64,000 bases of DNA from Thermodesulfobacteriota bacterium (GTDB lineage: Bacteria; Desulfobacterota_D; UBA1144; Nemesobacterales; Nemesobacteraceae): positions 869,088 through 933,087 of the forward strand of contig OZ241855.1 in assembly GCA_965202785.1 (NCBI GenBank), read 5' to 3'. The notes below the pieces were generated by a model. It was not told the DNA's origin. It did not search any database and worked only from the letters and a program-made list of their open reading frames with translations. Each line of letters starts with the position of its first letter. Position 1 is the stretch's first letter. A program made the position numbers and the translations under genes. This document shows positions 57,190-64,000 of this stretch, one piece after another.

Positions 57190-59331
57190 ATGGAGCCAGA
57201 AACCATGGATGAAGAGACGCCAACTCTGCCCAAGCTTGTAAAGGATGAGATCGACGAATTCGAACAGCAGATCTCTGACTACATGAACGGGAAGATAAGC
57301 GAGGTGAAATTCCAGAAGATAAGACTCCAGTTGGGAGTGTACGCACAACGCCAGGAAGGAGTCCAGATGCAGAGGATAAAGATTCCCTACGGGAAACTGA
57401 GTTCTGCTCAATTGAGAAAACTTGCGGACGTTTCAGACAAGTACGCAAGTGGCTTCTTTCACCTTACGACCCGTCAGGACACTCAGCTTTACTACGTCAA
57501 CCTTGAAACAGTTCCCGACATGATGAGGGATCTTGCAAGTGCGGGGATCACAACTCGTGAAGCCTGCGGCAACACAGTAAGAAACGTCACGGCTTCCCCG
57601 ATAACCGGAGCTTCGCCTACGGAAACCTTTGACGTGACTCCTTACGCCGAGGCGTTTAAGCAGTTTATGCTCCGAAACCCCATATGCCAGAACATGGGAA
57701 GGAAATTCAAGGTCTGCTTTGAGAGCAATCCGGATGTCGACAATGCGGGAATCCGCATCCATGATCTGGGTTTTCGCGCCAGGGTAAGGGAAGAGGATGG
57801 AAAGCACGGCTTTCAGGTCTACGTCGGCGGGGGGCTCGGCGCTTCGCCTTCGCTTGGACATCTCTGGACGGAGTTCATGCCGGTTGAGGAGATGATACCT
57901 TTTTCGGCTTCGGTCGTCAGGATCTTTGACAGGTACGGAGAGAGAAAGGTCAGGATGAAGGCCAGGATGAAGTTTCTTGTGAGGAAGCTCGGTTTTGAGA
58001 AGTTCAGAGAGGTAGTCGAGCAGGAAAGGGCTTCGCTTGAGGTCGATCCTTCATGGAACGACTATCTTGAGGCGATTGACCGGGAGCACGAAACTCCAAA
58101 GCCGAACGGGCACGATCTTCCGGACACTCCTGGCTGGGTGGAGGATGACCCGGATTTTACGGAGTGGCGGCAAAAAAACGTTTCTCCGGCAGGGGTCGAG
58201 GGATATTCAATCGTTAATGTGAGGGTGCTTCTGGGGGACGTTCCGTCCGATACCGCGAGAGCGCTTGCGGACATGATAGATGCTTATGCAGACGGCTCCA
58301 TAAGGATAACTATCCAGCAGAATTTCGTGATTAGATGGGTTCCCGATCAGGTCATACCCTCGCTTTACGCCGACCTTAAGGAAGCGGACATTTCTGGTTC
58401 GGGTGCAGACACTTTCGAAGATGTAACCGCCTGCCCGGGTGCCGATACCTGCCGTCTGGGCATCACTTCGGCCAAGGGCCTTGCGACGAAGCTTACCAGC
58501 ATGATGGATAACGGTCTTGGGAAATACAAGGAGACTCTCGGGGATCTCAGGATCAAAATATCCGGCTGTCCCAACGCTTGCGCTCAGCATGTTTCGGCCA
58601 GCATAGGGTTCCAGGGAGCGTCCATAACCAGAGAAGGTAGAAGCGTTCCTGCGGAGATGCTTTTCCTCGGCGGAGGACTTTACGGAGACGACTCGCGCCT
58701 TGCTATGCCGGTTACCAAAATTCCGACCAGAAACGCTCCCAAGGTTGTCCAGAGACTGCTTGAGATATACGAGAGGGAAAAAGAAGACGGTGAACATTTT
58801 GACCTCACTATGAAAAGGCTCGGCGCCAAGTACATCAAGGAAGCGGTTTCCGAGTTCAACGAGATCCCCTCGTACGAGGATGATCCCGATTTTTACACCG
58901 ACTGGGGACACGAAGAGAAAAAATTTGCTGTGCAGCAGGGAGTAAGAGGGGAGTGCGCGGGGGTTACCGTCGAGGAGAAAATCCCGGTCTTCTCAGATGC
59001 TGAGAGGCGTCTTGAGCAGGCCCAGGCTCTTTTTCTCCACGGCGACTACGAGGCATGCATAAACGAGCTTTATCTGGCATGCTCCGAGAGTGCCCATGTT
59101 CCTCTCTACACCAAGCTTATCGATCCGTTCACTCCTGAGCAGACGATATGGGAGTTTGAAAACCTTATCGTGAGAACCGGGGAGACTGATGAGAAATGGC
59201 TTGATGTCTCGCGCAAGTTCAGCGAATACAGGGGAGGAGAGGCTTCGGCGTCAAAAGCTATAGAGTTCCTTGAAGTCGCAAAGAGTTTCCACTCTGACTG
59301 CGAGAAGGTTCAGGAGCAGCTGACCGCGTAA
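57190..59331 (+). CDS. Nitrite/sulfite reductase family protein (siroheme-[4Fe-4S] hemoprotein type) with a C-terminal extension
   Basis: Two NIR_SIR ferredoxin-like halves with cluster cysteines (TACPGADTCRLG, SGCPNACAQH). 713 aa. The last ~170 aa have no recognised domain. Confidence 0.75.
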   Translation: MEPETMDEETPTLPKLVKDEIDEFEQQISDYMNGKISEVKFQKIRLQLGVYAQRQEGVQMQRIKIPYGKLSSAQLRKLADVSDKYASGFFHLTTRQDTQLYYVNLETVPDMMRDLASAGITTREACGNTVRNVTASPITGASPTETFDVTPYAEAFKQFMLRNPICQNMGRKFKVCFESNPDVDNAGIRIHDLGFRARVREEDGKHGFQVYVGGGLGASPSLGHLWTEFMPVEEMIPFSASVVRIFDRYGERKVRMKARMKFLVRKLGFEKFREVVEQERASLEVDPSWNDYLEAIDREHETPKPNGHDLPDTPGWVEDDPDFTEWRQKNVSPAGVEGYSIVNVRVLLGDVPSDTARALADMIDAYADGSIRITIQQNFVIRWVPDQVIPSLYADLKEADISGSGADTFEDVTACPGADTCRLGITSAKGLATKLTSMMDNGLGKYKETLGDLRIKISGCPNACAQHVSASIGFQGASITREGRSVPAEMLFLGGGLYGDDSRLAMPVTKIPTRNAPKVVQRLLEIYEREKEDGEHFDLTMKRLGAKYIKEAVSEFNEIPSYEDDPDFYTDWGHEEKKFAVQQGVRGECAGVTVEEKIPVFSDAERRLEQAQALFLHGDYEACINELYLACSESAHVPLYTKLIDPFTPEQTIWEFENLIVRTGETDEKWLDVSRKFSEYRGGEASASKAIEFLEVAKSFHSDCEKVQEQLTA

Positions 59332-59349
59332 GGCTGGTTCAGGTGTGGC

Positions 59350-59784
59350 TTAGTAGCCTCCGGTTATATATTTCTTAAGTGCCTCGATCTCGAATTTCTG
59401 ACGGGAGATAATGTGGTTTATGATGTCGCCGCTCGTCACCATCCCGCAAAGTTTCCCATCTTCTATTACCGGAAGGTGCCTTATCTTGTTCGCCGTCATG
59501 ATAGCCATACTTTCCTGAATCGGGTCGTCGGGCGAACCGTAGATCACATCCCTGATCATGAGTTCGCTTATTTTCGTGTTCGCCGATGACCTTCCCTGAA
59601 GGATAACCTTCCTCGCGTAGTCGCGCTCGGAGAATATCCCAACGACTTTTTCCCCGTCAAGCACGAGCAGAGCACCTATTTCTTTTTCCGCCATCATCTG
59701 AAGGGCTTTATACACGGTTTCATCCGGTCCTATCGACCATACGCTGCTGCCCTTGTGTTTAAGTATGTGTCTTAGATTTTCCAT
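59350..59784 (-). CDS. CBS domain-pair protein
   Basis: Two CBS motifs (ALLVLDGEKVVGIFSERD and LPVIEDGKLCGMVTSGDI). 144 aa. Confidence 0.75.
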   Translation of the reverse strand: MENLRHILKHKGSSVWSIGPDETVYKALQMMAEKEIGALLVLDGEKVVGIFSERDYARKVILQGRSSANTKISELMIRDVIYGSPDDPIQESMAIMTANKIRHLPVIEDGKLCGMVTSGDIINHIISRQKFEIEALKKYITGGY

Positions 59785-60040
59785 GATGCACTCTGTCTTT
59801 TACGTTTCGCAATCTATATTATCAAGTATATAAGTTTTTTGCGGCAAAACAAACGGCATACGCCCAGTAGGCGGGGGTGGCCGAAGCGAACTGATGGTAT
59901 CGGGAACCGACACTTGCTTTTCGTAGTTGCCTTCAGGATATTTCATCTCTTTTTTACAGTATCTGGGAATTATTCGTATAGTATTATGTCTATGTTAATT
60001 GTCGGGGTATGCGGGATGACTTTACTAACTTTTTTTCGCA

Positions 60041-60736
60041 ATGGGTAAGACCGAAGAACTTAAAAAGGCCGCGGGTATAAAAGCCGTTGACTTCGTGCGC
60101 GCGGGAATGCTTGTCGGACTCGGCACCGGGTCGACTGCGGAGTTTGCCATCGAAGAGCTCTCAAAGCGGGTAAGAGACGGCCGGCTTTCGGACATATCCT
60201 GCGTTCCAAGCTCTGAGAGAACGAAAAATTTCGCCGAAGCCATGGACCTCGATCTCGTTGAGCTCGATTCGGCAAGGAGGATTGACGTCACTATTGACGG
60301 AGCGGATGAAATCGATTCCGATTTTAACCTTATTAAAGGGGGCGGAGGCGCCCTTCTAAGGGAGAAGATTCTCGCGCAGAACAGCAAAAGAAACATAATC
60401 GTTGCTGACGAATCGAAGCTATCGCGGCGGCTCGGAGAGCGTTTTCCCGTTCCCGTCGAGGTGCTTCAGTTTGCCCTTGAAGCTGAAAAGGGCTACCTCG
60501 AGAGTCTTGGAGGAGGGGTCCACTTGCGACTCGCTCGCGACGGTTCCCCGTTTTTGACAGATCAGGGCAATCTTATTGTCGACTGGGGTTTTGGAGAGAT
60601 GGACGACCCCTCTTTTTTCGCCGACCGGTTGTCAGCAAGGGCCGGGATAGTCGAGCACGGCCTTTTCATAGGTACCGCGAACGATATCATAGTAGCTTTC
60701 TCCCGGGAAGTGAAGCACTGGCAACCAGGCTCGTAA
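60041..60736 (+). CDS. rpiA: Ribose-5-phosphate isomerase A
   Basis: GMLVGLGTGSTA motif and DGADE catalytic region. 231 aa. Confidence 0.9.
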   Translation: MGKTEELKKAAGIKAVDFVRAGMLVGLGTGSTAEFAIEELSKRVRDGRLSDISCVPSSERTKNFAEAMDLDLVELDSARRIDVTIDGADEIDSDFNLIKGGGGALLREKILAQNSKRNIIVADESKLSRRLGERFPVPVEVLQFALEAEKGYLESLGGGVHLRLARDGSPFLTDQGNLIVDWGFGEMDDPSFFADRLSARAGIVEHGLFIGTANDIIVAFSREVKHWQPGS

Positions 60737-60811
60737 ATTTAAGTGAATTACTTAATTTATCGTGTTTTTTGCCACGAACGATTTTTTTAATCTAGTTTGC
60801 TGGGGAAAGGA

Positions 60812-62542
60812 TCAGATAAAAAAACGGGCGATTTTCCGTATGCTCTCTGAGGCGTCAGACGTAATGCCGATTCTTATAATGCCCCTTCCCATTTCGTCAA
60901 GAGACTTGAAGTCTCCCGTGGCCTGAGCCATTTTGAGTACTTGGAAAGAGAATACTGATTCCGCAGAACCGACATCATCAGGTATGCACAGATCGTTTTT
61001 GTTATCGCTTACAATCTGAATGAAAAACCCTTCTCCGGAGTCTCCTTTGTGAAGCTGGCCCGTTGAGTGGAGAAATCTCGGGCCGAAACCCAGAGTTACG
61101 GGCACGGATGATATGCTTTCGATCTGCGTGCGCAGGGAAAGAAGCTCTTTTGAATTTTCTTCTGCGGGGTCTACGTAGGCCTGAATCGATACGTAACCTC
61201 TTTTCTTCGAAGAGATGATATCTCTTAGCTGTCCTGGGGATTCTATTTTTCTGTTGCTGGAGAAAGCAAGCCCGTTTTTAGAAAAATCGGGTTCTTTGGA
61301 TTCAAGTTTGCCCGTTTCCCTGTAGAGCTTGAGAAAATTTCTTGCAAAGGCTTTTGCGGATTCGACATCGGGCTGGTCGAAGGGATTTATTCCCATTATG
61401 CTTCCGGCAAGTGCGACGGCAAACTCAAAGCGGAAAAGTTCTGCGGCTATCTGGTCGGGACTGTCAACTACTATCTTCACGAAGGGAATCTTAGAGTCCT
61501 TGATGCGCGAGGCGACCATATCCACAGTTCTGTCTTCCCTCAGCGAAAGAAGAATGTATGCCCTGTCATCTCCGGGCCGCGGACAGTCCGAGACCTCTTC
61601 ATCAAGCAGCGGAAGTATGCCGACGCCGTTTTTTCCGGTACTTTCAGCGATCAGCTGCTCCACCCAGTAGCCGAAAGGAAAAAGTTTTTCCGAAAAAACA
61701 AAACCCAGTTTATCTCTTCCCTGTTCGGCCATGACCCCGAGAAAGGTCCCTAGGCGAAAGGAAGGACTCTCGTGGCATTTTCCTCCGACTGAGTTTTCAA
61801 GTTCAAGCAGTACGGAAGATGCCGATTGAAGTATCTTGCGTATATCGACTCCTGCGAGGGATGCGGGAACGAGGCCGAAGTAGGAAAGCGCGCTGAATCT
61901 CCCGCCGACATTCGGATCGTTGATAAAAACCCTGCTGAAACCATGTTCGTCGGCAGTTTGGATGAGTTTTGAGCCAGGGTCCGTTATGCAGATGAAATGT
62001 TCTCCCGGGGAGCCGGTTTTTCTCGTGAGTTCTCCGTAAAAGTATTTCATGAGGGAAACGGTTTCCACGGTCGAGCCTGATTTTGAAGAAACTACAAAGA
62101 GAGTTCTCAGAAGATCTATGCTTTCCCGGGTCTTAAGAATGAAGTCGGGATCCGTGGTATCAAGAAGAGTGAGCCGCAAAAAGCCGTCGCGGAGGGTAAA
62201 TATGTTTCTGAACACCTCGGAGGAGAGACTTGAGCCTCCCATGCCTAAAACAACGACGTCGGTGAACCCTTTTTTTCTTATGGATTCTGAGAAGTCGTCA
62301 ATTTCGTTTATTGCCGTGAGCATCTGCTTCGGAAGATGGACCCAGCCGAGGCGATTTGTGATCTCGGAAGGATTGTCTGCCCAGAGCAGATGATCGTAGT
62401 CGAAGAATCTTTCGGCAAAACGGTTTTTCTCAAGTTCGAGGAGTTGAGATTGGATTATACTTTCGTAATTGCCCGCGTATTCAGTGTAGTTTTGTGACTC
62501 GAAACTGACTTTGTTCTTAGTGGACACGGCACTAGTTACCAA
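60812..62542 (-). CDS. pgi: Glucose-6-phosphate isomerase (SIS-domain PGI)
   Basis: VVVLGMGGSSL, VVSSKSGSTVET and GGRFSALSYFGL, which are PGI signature regions. Confidence 0.8.
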   Translation of the reverse strand: MVTSAVSTKNKVSFESQNYTEYAGNYESIIQSQLLELEKNRFAERFFDYDHLLWADNPSEITNRLGWVHLPKQMLTAINEIDDFSESIRKKGFTDVVVLGMGGSSLSSEVFRNIFTLRDGFLRLTLLDTTDPDFILKTRESIDLLRTLFVVSSKSGSTVETVSLMKYFYGELTRKTGSPGEHFICITDPGSKLIQTADEHGFSRVFINDPNVGGRFSALSYFGLVPASLAGVDIRKILQSASSVLLELENSVGGKCHESPSFRLGTFLGVMAEQGRDKLGFVFSEKLFPFGYWVEQLIAESTGKNGVGILPLLDEEVSDCPRPGDDRAYILLSLREDRTVDMVASRIKDSKIPFVKIVVDSPDQIAAELFRFEFAVALAGSIMGINPFDQPDVESAKAFARNFLKLYRETGKLESKEPDFSKNGLAFSSNRKIESPGQLRDIISSKKRGYVSIQAYVDPAEENSKELLSLRTQIESISSVPVTLGFGPRFLHSTGQLHKGDSGEGFFIQIVSDNKNDLCIPDDVGSAESVFSFQVLKMAQATGDFKSLDEMGRGIIRIGITSDASESIRKIARFFI

Positions 62543-64000
62543 GCAGTTCGAGGCATTCCTTGAGGATGGTTTCCGCGTTAAACCCGAAGTTGTTCATCAC
62601 GTCGCGGCTTGGTGCGGATTCTCCGAAGCAGTCTATTCCGTAGGCCTTGGCGGCAGGGCCCGGTCCCGTGAACTTTTCCCATCCGAACGTTGCTCCGGCT
62701 TCGACACTTAATCTTGTACTGACAGAAGGCGGCAGGACGCTGTCTTTGTACTTCTGGGACTGAGCTTCGAAAAGACTCCAGCACGGAAGGCTTACAACTC
62801 TTGGATTTTTCTTCATCTCGCGCAGTTTTTCATAAACTTCAAGACAGACATGAACTTCGGAACCCGTGGATATCAGTACGATGTCAGGCATGCCGTCTGA
62901 ATCTGCAAGTACATAGCCGCCCGCGAGCGCTCCCTCGGGCGCGGCGTAACGGTCCCTGTCTATTATCGGAACATTCTGTCTTGTGAGAACGAACGCGGCG
63001 GGACGGTCAGAAAGTCCCATCACGTGTTTCCAAAGAATCGCAAGCTCGTTCGCGTCGCAGGGACGGATGACATCGATGTTGGGCGTGACTCTGAGGCTTG
63101 TCAGATGCTCAATCGGCTGATGAGTGGGTCCGTCCTCGCCTACCCCTATGCTGTCATGAGTGAAAATGTAGATCACGGGAAGTTTCATCAGGGCCGCAAG
63201 CCTTATCGAAGGTTTCATGTAATCGGCAAACACGAAATAGGTCGAGGCATAGGCTCTGAGTCCGCTGAGACACATGCCGCTTGCTATCGCGGCCATTGAA
63301 TGCTCCCTGACTCCGAAATGAAAGTTTCTTCCCTCGCGGTCCTCGGCGGAAAAGCTCGTCGCACACTTAAGATAGGTTTTTGTCGAGGAGCCTACATCCG
63401 CGGCGCCGCCCATGAACCACGGCACTTTTTCTCCTATGGCGTTAATTATGCTTGAATTCGCAGAACGGGTCGCAACCGGGTCTGCGGGATAAGGAAAAGA
63501 CGGGATGTTGCTGTCCCATCCCTCAGGCAGCTTCTTTTTATCAACCATCTCAAACTCGTGAGCGAGTTCCGGGTATTCGTTTGAATACTTCCTGAAATTT
63601 TCCCTCCAAGCCGCTTCGGCATCGTTTCCTCTGGCGATCGCTCCTTCCCTGTAAGAGAGGATCTCGTCGGGAATGTGAAAGTTCCCCGGGGCATCCCACC
63701 CGTAAAATTCCTTTACCAGCCTGACTTCTTCTTCTCCAAGCGGCGCTCCGTGGGCCTCGCACGTGTTCTGCTTATTGGGGCTTCCGTACGCTATCTGGCT
63801 TTTCAATATTACAATGGAAGGCTTATCGGTTTCGGACCGCGCGCGCGCGAGGGCTTTTTCAATTTCCCCAAGATTGTTTGCGTCCGAGACTTTTTCCACG
63901 TGCCAGTTGTAGGATCCGAACCGCATCTCCGTGTCCTCAGAATACGCAAGCGAGGTGTTGCCCTCGATTGTTATGCTGTTGCTGTCGTATATCCAGATCA
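62532..64000 (-). CDS. tkt: Transketolase; partial, N-terminus lies beyond the window end
   Basis: The C-terminal 2/3 of transketolase (pyrimidine-binding and C-terminal domains; ...FGVREHSMAAIASG...). The reading frame stays open upstream of the listed Met to the window end. Followed by pgi and rpiA in a pentose-phosphate cluster. Confidence 0.85.
   Translation of the reverse strand, partial: IWIYDSNSITIEGNTSLAYSEDTEMRFGSYNWHVEKVSDANNLGEIEKALARARSETDKPSIVILKSQIAYGSPNKQNTCEAHGAPLGEEEVRLVKEFYGWDAPGNFHIPDEILSYREGAIARGNDAEAAWRENFRKYSNEYPELAHEFEMVDKKKLPEGWDSNIPSFPYPADPVATRSANSSIINAIGEKVPWFMGGAADVGSSTKTYLKCATSFSAEDREGRNFHFGVREHSMAAIASGMCLSGLRAYASTYFVFADYMKPSIRLAALMKLPVIYIFTHDSIGVGEDGPTHQPIEHLTSLRVTPNIDVIRPCDANELAILWKHVMGLSDRPAAFVLTRQNVPIIDRDRYAAPEGALAGGYVLADSDGMPDIVLISTGSEVHVCLEVYEKLREMKKNPRVVSLPCWSLFEAQSQKYKDSVLPPSVSTRLSVEAGATFGWEKFTGPGPAAKAYGIDCFGESAPSRDVMNNFGFNAETILKECLELLGN

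Overview
The window is a 64 kb bacterial chromosomal segment of roughly 50-55% GC, densely packed with genes and containing mostly core housekeeping functions. Housekeeping genes recognised are mnmG, htpX, uvrA, uppP, ispH, pyrF, rluD-pgeF, argG, queA, aroC, prfB (with its programmed +1 frameshift), nadK, fmt, amt, rnr, rpiA, pgi and a partial tkt. Three tRNAs are present: Glu-CTC, Phe-GAA and Ser-CGA. Several short blocks with AT-richer composition interrupt this backbone. (1) A divergent gene pair at 7.2-9.1 kb encodes a UDG-fold protein and an HsdR-N/PD-(D/E)xK nuclease-like protein. (2) A five-gene minus-strand block at 26.4-31.5 kb encodes a DUF1214/1254 protein, a sulfotransferase, two SDRs and an SRPBCC protein. 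(3) An islet at the 3' side of tRNA-Phe (45.7-48.9 kb) encodes an XRE-HTH regulator, a membrane protein, two lipoproteins and an orphan PilM-like ATPase. (4) An islet at the 3' side of tRNA-Ser (51.3-54.0 kb) encodes a Fic AMPylase, a SigZ-like ECF sigma factor with a Cys-rich tail, and a GST. Next to tRNA-Ser lies an unusual JAB/MPN-DinG helicase fusion. A 56-bp near-identical direct repeat brackets a yyaL / ECF sigma / anti-sigma block at 1.0-4.9 kb. No CRISPR array, integrase or transposase was seen. All functional calls rest on motif and family recognition by eye; no searches were run.
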